A stretch of DNA of 64,000 nt, taken from positions 4,061-68,060 of the forward strand of contig DATHTO010000005.1 in assembly GCA_035463115.1 (NCBI GenBank), written 5' to 3'. Source of the stretch: Actinomycetota bacterium (lineage in GTDB: Bacteria > Actinomycetota > UBA4738 > HRBIN12). Below, piece after piece: positions 8,286 through 19,794 of this stretch. The notes under the pieces are model-generated. The model did no database searches, had not been told where the DNA came from, and was given only the letters and a program-made list of their open reading frames with translations. Every line of letters starts with the position of its first letter. The first letter of the stretch is position 1. Made by a program: the position numbers and the translations under genes.

Positions 8286-9644
8286 TCACGACGCCATCAG
8301 CTCCGCGGCCGCGTCGCCGAACACCTCGGTGTGTCGATCGACGTCGTCGGCGGTCGTCGCCGGCGACATCAACGCCATGTTGTGGAAGGGCGTCATGAGG
8401 ATGCCGCGGTTCAACAGGTAGAGGTGGATCAGGGCGTCGAGCTCGTGATCCTGTCCCGCTGCGGCCTCGGCGCCGTTCCGCGCGCGGTCCGGCCGGAACA
8501 GGTACTCGACGCGGCAGCCGAGCCGCGCGACGTGGAACGGAAGCCCGCGTGCATCGATCGTGTCCTGCACGCCACGTTCGAACCGCTCGCCGAGCTCGAT
8601 CATCCCGACGAACGCGTCGTCGGTGAGGACCTGGCCGAGCGTCGCGCGCATCGCGGCGAGCGACAGGGCGTTGCCGGCGAGGGTTCCGCCGGTCCCGCCC
8701 ACGTCGGCGAGGTCCCAGTCGGTCGCCGCGACGATCCGGTCGTTCACCTCCTGGCTCATGCCGTAGCACGCGCTGGGGATCCCGGCGCCGAGGGTCTTGC
8801 CGATCGTGACGAAGTCGGGCTGGAGACCCCACGCGGCGGTGCAGCCGCCCGGACCCGCGCTGATCGTGTGCGTCTCGTCGATGATCAGGAGGGTTCCGTA
8901 GCGCGAGCAGAGCTCCCGCACGCCGGCGTGGTACCCGTCGTCGGGCAGCACGATGCCGATGTTCGTGAGCGCCGGCTCGAACAGGCACGCGGCGACGTCG
9001 CCTTCGGCGAGCGCGCGCTCCAGGCCATCCAGGTCGTTGAACCCCACGACGCGCGTCGTCACGTCGAGGTCGACCGGGCGCCCGACGTTGCCTTCGCGGG
9101 CCACCACGCGCCCCTCGGCGTCGAGGGTCGCGAACGTCTCGTCGACGGTGCCGTGGTAGCACCAGTCGTGCACGGCGATCTTCGGGCGGCCGGTCAGCTC
9201 GCGCGCCCACCGGATCACGAAGCGGTTCGCATCGGTGGCCGTCAGGGTGAACGACCAGTAGGGCAGCCCGAACCGTCGTGCCATCTCGGCGCCGACCCAC
9301 TCCGCGTCGGCGGTCGGCAGCATCAACGTGATGCCTTGCGCCGCCTGGCGCGCGATCGCCTCGACGGCCGGCTTCGGGGAGTGGCCGGCCATGCCGCCGG
9401 TGTCGCCGAGGCACAAGTCGATGAACGCGTTGCCGTCGACGTCCCAGAAACGAGCACCCTCGGCGCGTTCCACGAACACCGGATGGTCACCGGGCCAGCG
9501 GGTCATCCAGTTCATCGGCACGCCGTAGAGCAGGTTCCGCCTCGCGTCCTCGGCGAGCGCTCCGGACCGTCGATGCCGCTCCCGGAACGTCTTCCGCTCA
9601 CGTTCCATCAGCTCGCGGATCCTCGACCGATCGATCGTCGCCAC
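8286..9644 (-). CDS. Class-III PLP aminotransferase (glutamate-1-semialdehyde aminomutase-like)
   Basis: Track ORF (587 aa) trimmed to GTG 9644, with AAGGAGG 6 nt upstream. Motifs DTGGMAGHSP, LLIIDETHT and TIGKTLGAG (PLP Lys). Confidence 0.85.
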   Translation of the reverse strand: MATIDRSRIRELMERERKTFRERHRRSGALAEDARRNLLYGVPMNWMTRWPGDHPVFVERAEGARFWDVDGNAFIDLCLGDTGGMAGHSPKPAVEAIARQAAQGITLMLPTADAEWVGAEMARRFGLPYWSFTLTATDANRFVIRWARELTGRPKIAVHDWCYHGTVDETFATLDAEGRVVAREGNVGRPVDLDVTTRVVGFNDLDGLERALAEGDVAACLFEPALTNIGIVLPDDGYHAGVRELCSRYGTLLIIDETHTISAGPGGCTAAWGLQPDFVTIGKTLGAGIPSACYGMSQEVNDRIVAATDWDLADVGGTGGTLAGNALSLAAMRATLGQVLTDDAFVGMIELGERFERGVQDTIDARGLPFHVARLGCRVEYLFRPDRARNGAEAAAGQDHELDALIHLYLLNRGILMTPFHNMALMSPATTADDVDRHTEVFGDAAAELMAS

Positions 9645-9856
9645 CGCCGCCTCCTTCGAACCGTCGCGGCCGTCCGGCCCACGGAACGTTCGCCCGCATC
9701 GACCGCGGAGCGGGCGCAGTCTAGCGAGCACGGTGGCCGCGCCGCCTGTCGGTCCAGCCCGGACCCGATCCCGCCGAAGCATCGGGACGGATGGGGGACA
9801 TCGCGACGGGGGAAGCGGTGACGCAGCCGGTCGCCCGGCGCCGGTACCATCGGGCG

Positions 9857-11065
9857 ATGCCGCGAGCCCGCCTGGCACGTTCCGTCGCCGTGGTCGTCGT
9901 GGTGGCGCTGTCGACGGCGATCGCCTCGGCGTCGGTCGCGACGGCCGCGAAGGCGCCGTGGGCACGCAAGATCGACGCCCTGATCGGCGAACGCCCGATG
10001 TCGGTGGCCGTGGGGAACGACGGCGAGGTGTGGGCCAAGCACCTCCCATGGGTGCGTCGTGCCCCGGCGTCGAACGAGAAGCTCCTGCTGTCGATGGCGC
10101 TGTTCGACGCGATCGGGACCGAGCGCACGATCCGGACCGAGCTGCAGACCGGCGGGCGCCGCTCGGGCGGCACGCTCGACGGCAACGTCTGGCTCGTCGG
10201 GCGGGGCGATCCCGAGATCGACGACCACCAGCTCGGGGTCCTCGCGCGCCAGGTCGCCGAAGCCGGCATCCGACGGATCCGCGGGTCCGTCAAGGGCTCT
10301 CGCGGAGCCTTCGTGCGTGACTGGTGGGCCGCGGGCTGGCGCGAGTACTTCCCGAGCTCCTACATCGCGCTTCCGACGGCGCTCACCTACCGCGGGAACC
10401 GCGACCGGCAGGGTCGCCACATCAGCGATCCCGAACGGCGAGCCGCCCGGGCGTTGACGGCGAAGCTCGAGAAGCTCGGTGTCCGCGTCACGGGGCGGCC
10501 CGGCGACGGCGTGCCGAGGACGTCGATGCGGACGATCGCCGAGGTGTCCTCGGGTCCGATCGCCGGGATCGTCCGCCGGATGAACGTGCCGTCGCGCAAC
10601 TTCGCCGCGGAGGTGCTCGGCAAGTACCTCGGCGCCCGGGTCTTCGGCCGGGCCTCGATCGCGACCGGCGCCCGCGCGATCGAGGCGTTCGCCGCGCGTC
10701 ACGGGGTCACCATCGACGCGAACGACGCCTCGGGGCTGTCGTACGCGAACCGCACGAGCGCGACGGGGATCCTCCAGCTCCTGTGGGTGGCCGACGCCGA
10801 GCCGTGGGGCCCGGCCCTACGGGCGTCACTCGCCCGCGGCGGTGAGGGGACGCTCGCAGATCGCCTGCGCGACGTCCAGATCCGTGCGAAGACCGGCACC
10901 CTGGAGGCCGTCAGCGCGCTCTCGGGCTGGGTCTGGCTCGAGACGTCCGACGAATGGGCCGAGTTCTCGATCCTCTCCAGCGGTATGTCGACGGCGGTGG
11001 CGAAGACGATCGAGAACAAGATCGTCCGGCTGATCTCGAACAACGCATCCGATCCCACGCCCTGA
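9857..11065 (+). CDS. dacB: D-alanyl-D-alanine carboxypeptidase/endopeptidase, PBP4 (peptidase S13) family
   Basis: Trimmed to ATG 9857, which gives the signal peptide MPRARLARSVAVVVVVALSTAIASASVATAAKA. SxxK = SNEK, and a KTGT box is present. TACCAT lies 6 nt upstream. Confidence 0.85.
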   Translation: MPRARLARSVAVVVVVALSTAIASASVATAAKAPWARKIDALIGERPMSVAVGNDGEVWAKHLPWVRRAPASNEKLLLSMALFDAIGTERTIRTELQTGGRRSGGTLDGNVWLVGRGDPEIDDHQLGVLARQVAEAGIRRIRGSVKGSRGAFVRDWWAAGWREYFPSSYIALPTALTYRGNRDRQGRHISDPERRAARALTAKLEKLGVRVTGRPGDGVPRTSMRTIAEVSSGPIAGIVRRMNVPSRNFAAEVLGKYLGARVFGRASIATGARAIEAFAARHGVTIDANDASGLSYANRTSATGILQLLWVADAEPWGPALRASLARGGEGTLADRLRDVQIRAKTGTLEAVSALSGWVWLETSDEWAEFSILSSGMSTAVAKTIENKIVRLISNNASDPTP

Positions 11066-11146
11066 GCCCGCGCGCTCCGGCCCGCGTCGAGGCGGCTCGC
11101 TACCCGGAATCGGGGGTCAAGCGGTCCCTGGAACGGGCCGAAACGT

Positions 11147-12514
11147 GTGAGGCTGATGGTCGACACCACCGCTGATGCCGTGCGCCCCGACGGAGCCTCT
11201 CTGACAAGGCGCGTCACCGATGTCCCGGCCGAGCCCTCGCCGAACGCGAAGCCCCGGCGCCGGGACGCCGACGGTTGGCTCGACCGCTGGATGGCGACGG
11301 TTCAGGACCTCGATCGCTTGAAGGACACGTCGCCGATGCTCGATGCGACGATCGACGAGCAGATCGGCCGCAAGATCCGGATCGGTGACCGATGGCTGAC
11401 CGACTGGGCATCGTGCAACTACCTCGGGTTCGACCTCGATCCGGAGATCATCGCGTCGATCCCCGACGCGATCGCGAGATGGGGGACGCATCCTTCGTGG
11501 TCGCGGCTCCTCGGCAACCCGCGCCCGTACATCGACATCGAGGAGCAGCTCACGGAACTCCTCGGCTCCGAGGACGTGTTGCTGCTTCCGACGATCACCC
11601 ACATCCACATGTCGGTCATCCCCGTGCTCGTGGGCGACGGCACGCTCTTCCTCGACGGACGCGCGCACAAGACGATCTACGACGGCGCGATGGTGGCCGC
11701 GGGACACGGTGCGAACGTCGTGCGGTTCCGGCACGAGGATCCCGACCACCTCGAGCACCTGCTGAAGACGACGTCGCCGGCGGCGCCGAGGTTGATCGCG
11801 ATGGACGGCGTGAACTCGATGACGGGCAACGCGCCCGACCTCACCGAGTTCTCGCGCGTCGCGCAGGAGTACGACTGCCTGCTGTACGTCGACGACGCGC
11901 ACGGGTTCGGTGTGATCGGCGAACACGCGCCCGACGAGCCGTGCAACTACGGCATCAAGGGCAACAGCGTGTTCCGGCACCAGGGCGTCGGCTACGACAA
12001 CGCGGTGCTCGTCGCCGGCATGTCGAAGGCGTATTCGTCGCTGCTCGCGTTCCTCGCGCTCCCCACGCGCTTGAAGGACGCGCTCAAGGTCCTCGCCCCG
12101 CCCTACCTGTACTCGGGACCGTCACCCGTCGCGTCGCTCGCGACCGCGCTCAAGGGGCTCGAGGTGAACCGTCAGCGCGGCGACGCGATCCGCGGCGACC
12201 TCGCCCGCAAGACCGATCGGCTGCTCCAGGCGCTCCACGACCTCGGCATCAAGACGCCGAACGAGAGCGGCTACCCGATCATCGAGGTGCCGCTCGTGCA
12301 TCACGAAGAGATCGACGAGATGGGGCGGTACCTGTTCGAGCACGGCCAGTACGCGACGATGGCGGCGTACCCGCTCGTGCCGAAGGACCAGGTCGGCTTC
12401 CGGATCCAGGTCACCGCGTCGAACACCGACGAGGAGGTCGACGAGCTCGTGCAGGTCCTCGGCAACCTGCAGGACCACTTCCAGCTCGAGCAGCACGCCA
12501 CCTCGCTGGCGTAG
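11147..12514 (+). CDS. Alpha-oxoamine synthase family PLP enzyme (BioF/Kbl/Spt-like, subtype unresolved)
   Basis: 455 aa with NYLGF, DDAHGFGV and GMSKAYSS (PLP Lys). It has an N-terminal extension of about 70 aa. An alternative in-frame ATG lies at 11156. Confidence 0.85.
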   Translation: MRLMVDTTADAVRPDGASLTRRVTDVPAEPSPNAKPRRRDADGWLDRWMATVQDLDRLKDTSPMLDATIDEQIGRKIRIGDRWLTDWASCNYLGFDLDPEIIASIPDAIARWGTHPSWSRLLGNPRPYIDIEEQLTELLGSEDVLLLPTITHIHMSVIPVLVGDGTLFLDGRAHKTIYDGAMVAAGHGANVVRFRHEDPDHLEHLLKTTSPAAPRLIAMDGVNSMTGNAPDLTEFSRVAQEYDCLLYVDDAHGFGVIGEHAPDEPCNYGIKGNSVFRHQGVGYDNAVLVAGMSKAYSSLLAFLALPTRLKDALKVLAPPYLYSGPSPVASLATALKGLEVNRQRGDAIRGDLARKTDRLLQALHDLGIKTPNESGYPIIEVPLVHHEEIDEMGRYLFEHGQYATMAAYPLVPKDQVGFRIQVTASNTDEEVDELVQVLGNLQDHFQLEQHATSLA

Positions 12515-12515
12515 C

Positions 12516-13283
12516 TCAGTCGTTCAGCAACGCCGCGGCCTCGGCGTACGTCAGCCCACCGAGCCATCCTCCGTCCACCCGGATGTCGGTCGCCGTCACG
12601 TACCTGCTGTCGTCGGAGGCGAGGAAGACGTAGGCGCCGGTCACGTCGTCGGTGGTTCCGGCGCGGCCCAGGCACGTCGCGATCGGAGCGATCCGCGCTT
12701 CGGCATCGTCGTCCGGCTGCATCGGCGTCGAGATCGTCCCGGGCGAAACCGTGTTGACGCGGATGCCCCGGCGGCCGAGCTTCATCGCCGCGTGGTCGCG
12801 CATCGCGGCGAGCGGCGCCTTCGACGCGGCGTAGGTGAGGTAGTCGGGGAACGGCCAGAACAGCGCAGCGGTCGCGGTGATCGCGATGCTGCCGCCGTCG
12901 CGCATCGCGGGCCCCGCGAGACGCAGGCCGTGGAACACCCCCATCGCGTTCACGTCCAGCTGCCGGCGGAGGCTCGCGGCGTCGTCATCGCTCAGGTCGG
13001 GTCCGCCGTCGAGCTCGCTGATGCCGGCGTTCAGGACGACGACGTCGAGGTCGCCGACCAGCTCGCGCGCGTGGTCGAAGGCCCGCTCGAGATCGTCCGG
13101 GTCGGCCACGTCGGTCGTGATCATCGAGGCGCCCGCGGCGGCGACCTCCGCACGCTCCCGCCGCGCGACGGCCACGACCTCGGCGCCGTGGCTCACGAAC
13201 CGACGCACGACCGCGAGCCCGATGCCGGAGGTGCCTCCGGTCACCAGGGCACGCTTGCCCGAGAGCGCCCCCCCGCCGTCCAC
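12516..13283 (-). CDS. SDR family oxidoreductase
   Basis: 255 aa with KRALVTGGTSGIGLAV (TGxxxGxG) and YAASKAP (YxxxK). Confidence 0.9.
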   Translation of the reverse strand: MDGGGALSGKRALVTGGTSGIGLAVVRRFVSHGAEVVAVARRERAEVAAAGASMITTDVADPDDLERAFDHARELVGDLDVVVLNAGISELDGGPDLSDDDAASLRRQLDVNAMGVFHGLRLAGPAMRDGGSIAITATAALFWPFPDYLTYAASKAPLAAMRDHAAMKLGRRGIRVNTVSPGTISTPMQPDDDAEARIAPIATCLGRAGTTDDVTGAYVFLASDDSRYVTATDIRVDGGWLGGLTYAEAAALLND

Positions 13284-13398
13284 CGGAACGTTCGCCTCCC
13301 TCGGATCGGGTATCTCCCGCGCCCCAGGAGCCTAGTGGGCGGGATCGGGCGGGCCGAGCATTCAAGACGCTCTTCGCGCGGCCGATATCCACCCTGCG

Positions 13399-16300
13399 AT
13401 GAAGCGACGCGCATGGATCGTGTACCCGGTCGTGGCCCTGATCGGCCTGGCGGCGTACTTCGCGCTCGACCACAACAGCTACGTCTTCAACCTGGTCGGG
13501 CTCACCTCGCCGCTGCTGATCCTCGCGGCGATCAGGATGCACAAGCCCGAACGTCGTGCCCCGTGGGTCTTGATCGCGATCGGGCAGTCGGTGTTCATCG
13601 TGGGCGACGTCGTCTCGTACAACTACGAGGCCCTCGCCGGCGTCCTCCCCGGCCTCTTCCCCCTGCAGGGTGGTGGCGTGCCGTTCCCGGGACCCGCCGA
13701 CCTCCTCTACCTGCTCGTCTATCCGTTCCTGATCGCGGGGATCGTCCTGCTGATCAAGACGCGGATGCCGGGCCGCGACGTCGCCGGTCTGCTCGACTCG
13801 TTGATGCTCGCGATCGCCGTCGGCACCGTGTCGTGGGTCGTCCTGATCGCTCCCGTGACCACGTTCCAGGACGCGCTCTCGGTGAAGCTCACGCTGATGG
13901 CGTATCCGACGATGGACATCCTCATGGCGGCCGCCGCCATCCGGCTGGCGGTCGCTGCGGGGAGGAAGCCGCCGGCGTTCTTCCTGATGATGGCCGCGAT
14001 CGGCGCGCTGTTCGCCACCGACGCGATCTACGCGTGGTTCGGCCTCTACACGGCGCAAGGGTACGCGCCCGGCAGCGGCTGGCTCGAGAGCGGATGGGCC
14101 GCGTTCTACGTGCTGCTCGGCACCGCCGCCCTGCACCCGTCGATGCACGCGCTCACCGAGCGAGCCCCGATCGCCGAGACGAAGCTCACGTGGCCGCGGC
14201 TCGCGATGCTCGCGGGCGCAGCCTTGGTGCCGCCGGTCCTCCGGATCGTCCAGAACCTCCGCGGTGCCGAGGTCGACCCGTACGTGCTGAGCGCGGTGTC
14301 GATCGTCATGTTCCTGCTCGTCGTCGTCCGCATGGCCGGTCTGATCCGCGAGCAGCAGGCGTCGACGGCGCGCGAGCGCGCCCTCCGCGAGTCGGCGGCC
14401 GCCCTCGTCGCCGCGACGAGCCGCGACGACATCCTGGGAGCAGCGGTCGACGCCGCTCGACGCGTCGTCGGGGACGACGCTGCGATCCGGATGTGCGAAG
14501 AGACGATCGACGGCGGCCGGCTCGAGGTGGTCCTCGCGTCCGGCGGTGACGAGCGGGTGGGCGCCGAGTTCCCGTTCGACGACCTGCGCGACCGGAACCG
14601 CGCTCAGCTCCTCCACAACGATCCGTTCATCGTCCGCACGAGCGACGGGCACGTGCCCGACGCGCTCGGCGTGCCCGCCACCGACACCGGAACCGTCTTC
14701 GTGGCGCCGCTGTTCATCCGCGACGAGCTCCACGGGCTGATGGTCGTCGCGACGCCGGTGGGCCTCCGCCCGACGGTCGCCGACTCGCTGCGCGCGCTGT
14801 CGTCGCAGGTCGCGCTCGCCCTCGAGAGCGCAGCGCTGACCGAGGACCTCCTGATCAAGCAGAGCGAGGCGCGGTTCGCCTCGCTCGTGCAGCACTCGTC
14901 CGACGTCGTGACCGTGATCGAACCCGACACGACGATCCGGTACGCGAGCCCGTCGGCGGAGCGCGTCCTCGGCTACGCCCCCGAACGGCTGGAGGGCACC
15001 CGCCTCGCGGATCTGCTCCATCCCGAGGACGTCGCTCGCGCGCTCGCGTTCCTGTCGGCCGTCACCGAAGGGGAAGGCGACACCGGCCTGTTGGAGTTCA
15101 AGCTCCGCCACGCCGACGGGACCTTCCTGCACACCGAGACGCTCAGGACCGCGCTGCTCCACGACCCGAACGTGCACGGGATCGTGCTCAACACCCGTGA
15201 CATCGGTGAGCGGAAGGCCTTCGAGGAGCAGCTGTCGCACCAGGCGTTCCACGACTCCATCACCGGTCTCGCGAACCGGGCACTGTTCCGCGACCGGGTG
15301 CTGCACGCGATCGAGCGGCAGGAACGCGACCAACGTCCCGTTGCCGTGCTGTTCATGGACCTCGACGACTTCAAGACGGTGAACGACTCGATGGGTCACG
15401 CCGCGGGCGACCAGCTGCTGCGTGAGGTCGGCGAGCGGATCCGTGGCGAGCTGCGCGCTGCCGACACCGCGGCCCGCCTCGGTGGCGACGAGTTCGCGAT
15501 CCTGATCGAAGACGGAGGCGACGGGATCGAGGCCGTCGACGTCGCGGATCGGCTGCTCCGCACCCTCGAGGCCCCGTTCCTGATCGAGGACAAGGAGTTC
15601 TACGTCCGCGCGAGCATCGGCATCGCGATCGACGACGGCAGCGCGGGCGATCACGGCGAGGCGGGCGCCGAGGCGCTCCTTCGGAACGCCGACGTCGCGA
15701 TGTACATGGCCAAGGAGAACGGCAAGGGCCGTTACCAGGTCTTCGAACACACGATGCACGAGACGGCGCTGAAGCGGCTGGAGCTCAAGGCCGACCTCCA
15801 GCGCGCCCTCGACCACGACGAGTTCGTCCTGCACTTCCAGCCGGTGATCGAGCTCGAGAGCGGCAGGGTGTCGGGCGTCGAGGCGCTCGTGCGATGGATG
15901 CATCCGGAGCGCGGGCTCGTTCCGCCCCTCGACTTCATCCCGCTCGCCGAGGAGACGGGGCTGATCGTCCCGATCGGGCGCTGGGTGCTCGCCCAGGCGT
16001 GCCGTCGGGCCGTCGACCTGCAGCACGACCACCCGGGCGTGCACATGGCCGTGAACCTGTCCGCGCGCCAGATCCAACGCCCCGAGATCGTCGACGACGT
16101 CCGAGACATCCTCGTGTCGACCGGCCTCGATCCCGAGCTGTTGATCCTCGAGATCACCGAGAGCGTGATGATGCAGGACATGGAGCTGTCGATCGCTCGG
16201 CTCCGTGACCTCAAGGCGCTCGGCGTGCAGCTGGCGATCGACGACTTCGGGACCGGCTACTCGTCGCTGAACTACGTGCGTCGGTTCCCCGTCGACATCC

Positions 16301-16575
16301 TGAAGGTCGACAAGTCGTTCATCGACGGCGTGAGCGAGAGCGGGGAGTCCTCAGCGCTCACGGCTGCCGTGATCGAGCTCGCCGGGATCCTGAGCCTCAA
16401 GCCGGTCGCAGAAGGCATCGAACGCGCCGATCAGCTCGAGCGCTTGTTGGAGCTGCACTGCGACCTCGGACAGGGCTACTTCTTCGCCAAGCCGTTGCCG
16501 CCGGAGGAGCTGAAGCAGATGCTCGCCGAGCGCAAGCAGATGGCCGCCGAGGCCGAGCTCCTCTCCGAGAGCTGA
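13399..16575 (+). CDS. Membrane sensor with GAF/PAS, GGDEF and EAL domains (c-di-GMP turnover)
   Basis: 1058 aa with a multi-TM N-terminus. Motifs [10 protein letters not shown] (GGDEF), EALVRW and [10 protein letters not shown] (EAL). Confidence 0.9.
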   Translation: MKRRAWIVYPVVALIGLAAYFALDHNSYVFNLVGLTSPLLILAAIRMHKPERRAPWVLIAIGQSVFIVGDVVSYNYEALAGVLPGLFPLQGGGVPFPGPADLLYLLVYPFLIAGIVLLIKTRMPGRDVAGLLDSLMLAIAVGTVSWVVLIAPVTTFQDALSVKLTLMAYPTMDILMAAAAIRLAVAAGRKPPAFFLMMAAIGALFATDAIYAWFGLYTAQGYAPGSGWLESGWAAFYVLLGTAALHPSMHALTERAPIAETKLTWPRLAMLAGAALVPPVLRIVQNLRGAEVDPYVLSAVSIVMFLLVVVRMAGLIREQQASTARERALRESAAALVAATSRDDILGAAVDAARRVVGDDAAIRMCEETIDGGRLEVVLASGGDERVGAEFPFDDLRDRNRAQLLHNDPFIVRTSDGHVPDALGVPATDTGTVFVAPLFIRDELHGLMVVATPVGLRPTVADSLRALSSQVALALESAALTEDLLIKQSEARFASLVQHSSDVVTVIEPDTTIRYASPSAERVLGYAPERLEGTRLADLLHPEDVARALAFLSAVTEGEGDTGLLEFKLRHADGTFLHTETLRTALLHDPNVHGIVLNTRDIGERKAFEEQLSHQAFHDSITGLANRALFRDRVLHAIERQERDQRPVAVLFMDLDDFKTVNDSMGHAAGDQLLREVGERIRGELRAADTAARLGGDEFAILIEDGGDGIEAVDVADRLLRTLEAPFLIEDKEFYVRASIGIAIDDGSAGDHGEAGAEALLRNADVAMYMAKENGKGRYQVFEHTMHETALKRLELKADLQRALDHDEFVLHFQPVIELESGRVSGVEALVRWMHPERGLVPPLDFIPLAEETGLIVPIGRWVLAQACRRAVDLQHDHPGVHMAVNLSARQIQRPEIVDDVRDILVSTGLDPELLILEITESVMMQDMELSIARLRDLKALGVQLAIDDFGTGYSSLNYVRRFPVDILKVDKSFIDGVSESGESSALTAAVIELAGILSLKPVAEGIERADQLERLLELHCDLGQGYFFAKPLPPEELKQMLAERKQMAAEAELLSES

Positions 16576-16593
16576 GGCACGCGCCCGCGGGCG

Positions 16594-17094
16594 TCACAAC
16601 GGCTCCCCGTACCGCACGATCGGACGGTTCCCGCAGTCGAAGCGGTGCTCGCCGGTCGTCCCGTCCCACGACCATCCGCACCGCTCGTAGAAGCGACGGG
16701 CTCGCTCGTTCGTCTCGAGCACCCAGAGCGTCGCGCGCACGAAGCCGGTCTCGCGCAGCCTCGCTTCGGCGCGACGGAGGAGCGCCTCGCCGACACCCGT
16801 GCCGGCGACCTCGGGCACGAGGTAGAGCGCGAACACCTCGCCGGTGCCGGGCGGTGGGTCGTCGTCGCGCGTGGGTCCGACGCTGGCGAAGCCGATCACC
16901 CGATCGCCGTCGAGCGCCACGACCACCGAACGTGGGTCCGCGGCGACGATCGGCGTCCACCCCCTCGCGCGCTCGTCGACCGAGAGGCCGTCGAGCACCG
17001 TCTGAGGGAGGAGGCCGTCGTACGCCCAGCGCCACGACGCGACATGCACCTCGGCGATCGCACGGGCGTCGTCGACCGTCGCCGCGCGGAACAT
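16594..17094 (-). CDS. GNAT family N-acetyltransferase
   Basis: Trimmed to ATG 17094, because the upstream codons of the track ORF overlap cimA. 166 aa beginning [17 protein letters not shown], with [14 protein letters not shown]. Confidence 0.8.
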   Translation of the reverse strand: MFRAATVDDARAIAEVHVASWRWAYDGLLPQTVLDGLSVDERARGWTPIVAADPRSVVVALDGDRVIGFASVGPTRDDDPPPGTGEVFALYLVPEVAGTGVGEALLRRAEARLRETGFVRATLWVLETNERARRFYERCGWSWDGTTGEHRFDCGNRPIVRYGEPL

Positions 17095-17119
17095 CACCCC
17101 CGCGACGGTCGCCACCGTC

Positions 17120-18739
17120 CTACGCCCCGGCGGTGCGCGGGTGGAGCAGACCGAAGGTGTAGGCGTCGACGAGCGCTTCCCACGACGCCTCGATGATGTT
17201 CTCCGAGACGCCGACGGTGGTCCATCCGCGCTCACCGTTCGACGTGTCGATCAGGACGCGGACGACGGCGCCGGTGCCGGACGTCTCCGCGAGCACCCGG
17301 ACGCGGTAGTCCTCGAGGGTCATGACGTCGAGCTCGGGATAGTCGTTCGCGAGAGCCTTCCGCAGGGCGTTGTCGAGCGCGCCGACGGGACCCTGGCCTT
17401 CGGCGGACTCGATGTGACGCGTGCCCTTCGTGTGGACCTTCACCGTCGCCTCGGCGAGCGGCGGCTCGCCGTCGCCGACCCGCTCTTCGACGTGGACGCG
17501 GTAGCTCTCCACCTCGAAGAAGGGCTGGGACCACCCGGCCGCACGGCGGAGCAGCAGCTCGAGCGAGGCCTCGGCGACGTCGAAGGCGTACCCGGCCGCC
17601 TCCCGCTCCTTGATGTCCTGCACCGCGCGTGGGATCGCGGCGTCGTCGAGCGTCAGCTCGAGCTCGCCGGCCTTCATGCGGATCGTCGCTCCTCCGCCGT
17701 AGTCACTCGCGACGACGCCGCGACGGTTCCCGACCGTCTCCGGCGGCACGTGTTCGTACGCCTGGGTCAACCGAGCGACGCCGCTCGTGTGCAGCCCCGC
17801 CTTGTGGGTGAAGGCGTGGCGGCCGACGTAGGGCTGGTGACTGTCGGGGGCGAGGTTCGCGACCTCGGCCACGTAGTGCGCCAGCTCCGTCAGATGCTCG
17901 ACGGAACCGTCCGGCAGGGCGTCGGCCAGGCCCATCTTCAGCACGAGGTCGGCGGTGATGGGCACAAGGTCGGCGTTCCCCGTGCGCTCACCGTAGCCGT
18001 TGATCGTGCCCTGCACCTGGTAGACGCCCGCGTCGACGGCGACGAGCGAGTTCGCGACCGCGCACCCCGCGTCGTTGTGGACGTGGATCCCGAGCGCAAC
18101 CGACGCCCGTGCCTTCACCTCCCTCACGACGCTCGCGACGTCGAACGGCAGCATGCCGCCGTTCGTGTCGCACAGGACGAGCCGCTCGGCACCGGCCTCT
18201 TCGGCGGCGGCGAGCACCGCCATCGCGAACGACGGGTCGGATCGGTAGCCGTCGAAGAAGTGCTCGGCGTCGAAGAAGACGCGCCGGCCTTCCCGCCGCA
18301 GGAAGGCGACGGAATCCCCCACCATCGCGACGCCCTCGTCGAGATCGGTCCGGAGGGCCTCGGTGACGTGCAGGTCCCACGACTTGCCGACCAGGCAGAC
18401 GACCTCGGTGCCGGCGTCGAGGAGATCGCGAAGGACCTGCGAGTCCTCGGCCCGCTCGCCGGCCTTCCGCGTCATGCCGAACGCGGTGAGCTGGGCGTGG
18501 CGAAGCGTCTCCTTCGTGGCGAGCTGGAAGAACTCGGTGTCCCGCGGGTTCGCGCCGGGCCAGCCTCCCTCGACGAACGGGAAACCGGCTTGGTCGAGCT
18601 TGTGCAGGATCCGGAGCCGATCCTCGATCGAGTACGAGATGTCGGCGCGCTGCGCGCCGTCTCGGAGCGTCGTGTCGTAGAGCTCGATGCTCGGGCCGTC
18701 GGGCACGTGCGAGCCGGCGTCGCGGTCGGGTCGACTCAC
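17120..18739 (-). CDS. cimA: Citramalate synthase-like member of the LeuA/CimA family
   Basis: 539 aa. The GTG start overlaps the leuB stop (GTGA). [11 protein letters not shown] is the Ala-Gln variant of the LeuA_rel/CimA clade. A C-terminal LeuA-dimer-type domain is present. CimA versus a second IPMS is not resolvable without phylogeny. Confidence 0.75.
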   Translation of the reverse strand: MSRPDRDAGSHVPDGPSIELYDTTLRDGAQRADISYSIEDRLRILHKLDQAGFPFVEGGWPGANPRDTEFFQLATKETLRHAQLTAFGMTRKAGERAEDSQVLRDLLDAGTEVVCLVGKSWDLHVTEALRTDLDEGVAMVGDSVAFLRREGRRVFFDAEHFFDGYRSDPSFAMAVLAAAEEAGAERLVLCDTNGGMLPFDVASVVREVKARASVALGIHVHNDAGCAVANSLVAVDAGVYQVQGTINGYGERTGNADLVPITADLVLKMGLADALPDGSVEHLTELAHYVAEVANLAPDSHQPYVGRHAFTHKAGLHTSGVARLTQAYEHVPPETVGNRRGVVASDYGGGATIRMKAGELELTLDDAAIPRAVQDIKEREAAGYAFDVAEASLELLLRRAAGWSQPFFEVESYRVHVEERVGDGEPPLAEATVKVHTKGTRHIESAEGQGPVGALDNALRKALANDYPELDVMTLEDYRVRVLAETSGTGAVVRVLIDTSNGERGWTTVGVSENIIEASWEALVDAYTFGLLHPRTAGA

Positions 18740-19794
18740 GCGAGCGCTCCTTCGACGACGAGATCGCCGACCTCCGTCGTCGTGAAGCCCATCTCGCCGG
18801 CGCGCATCGACTTCATCCGCTGCGTCGCCGCGCGGACGCCACCGTCGACGCGGTCGGCGGCCGCCGTCTCACCGAGCTGGCGAAGCAGCATCTCGAGCGC
18901 GCCGATCGCCGCGAGCGGATTGATCGTGCCCTTGCCGGTCTCGCTCGGCGCCGTCCCGCCGATCGGCTCGAACATGCTGACGCCGTCGGGGTTGATGTTG
19001 CCGCCCGCCGCGATGCCCATACCGCCTTGGATCATCGCGCCGAGATCCGTGATGATGTCACCGAACATGTTGTCGGTGACGATCACGTCGAACCGCGACG
19101 GGTCGTCGAGGAAGTAGATGCACGCCGCGTCGACGTGCACGTAATCGGTCTCGACGTCGGGGTACTCGGCGGCGAGCTCATCGACGACCCGCTGGTAGAG
19201 GTCGCCGGCGAAGAGCAAGACGTTCGTCTTGTGGACGAGCGTGAGCTTGCGGCGCCGCTCGGGACGCCTCGCGAGCTCGAAGGCGTACCGGACGATCCGA
19301 TCGACGCCGTGGCGCGTGTTGATCGATTCCTGGACCGCGACCTCGTGCTCGGTCCCCCTGCGGTGGAAGCCGCCGGCTCCGCTGTACAGCCCTTCGGAGT
19401 TCTCGCGGACGACGATCATGTCGACGTCGTCCTCGGTATGCGACGGAACGAGCGTCTGCACGCCCGGGTACCGGACGATCGGCCGGTGGTTCACGTACTG
19501 GTCGAGCTCGAACCGGATCCTCAGCAGCAGCTCGCGCTCGAGGATGCCGGGCTTCACGCGCGGATCGCCGACCGCGCCGAGGAAGATCGCGTCCAGCTGC
19601 TTCAGCCGCTCGAGCTCCTCGTCGAGCAGGACCTCGCCCGTGCGGAGGTACCGGTCCGCGCCGAGGTCGAAGTCGACGAGCTCGTACGTGACGCCTTCGA
19701 CCCGTGCGACGGCGTCGAGGACCTTGAGGCCCTCGCCGACGACCTCGGGCCCGGTGCCGTCGCCGCGGATCACGCCCAGCGCGTGCGTGGTCAT
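18736..19794 (-). CDS. leuB: 3-isopropylmalate dehydrogenase
   Basis: 352 aa with [12 protein letters not shown] and [11 protein letters not shown]. It sits between leuA and the cimA-like gene. Confidence 0.95.
   Translation of the reverse strand: MTTHALGVIRGDGTGPEVVGEGLKVLDAVARVEGVTYELVDFDLGADRYLRTGEVLLDEELERLKQLDAIFLGAVGDPRVKPGILERELLLRIRFELDQYVNHRPIVRYPGVQTLVPSHTEDDVDMIVVRENSEGLYSGAGGFHRRGTEHEVAVQESINTRHGVDRIVRYAFELARRPERRRKLTLVHKTNVLLFAGDLYQRVVDELAAEYPDVETDYVHVDAACIYFLDDPSRFDVIVTDNMFGDIITDLGAMIQGGMGIAAGGNINPDGVSMFEPIGGTAPSETGKGTINPLAAIGALEMLLRQLGETAAADRVDGGVRAATQRMKSMRAGEMGFTTTEVGDLVVEGALA

Noticed and set aside
12985-16077. 1030-aa minus-strand ORF
   Set aside because: It is antisense to the GGDEF-EAL gene, whose domains are unambiguous. 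It has an Arg/Asp/His-rich shadow composition.
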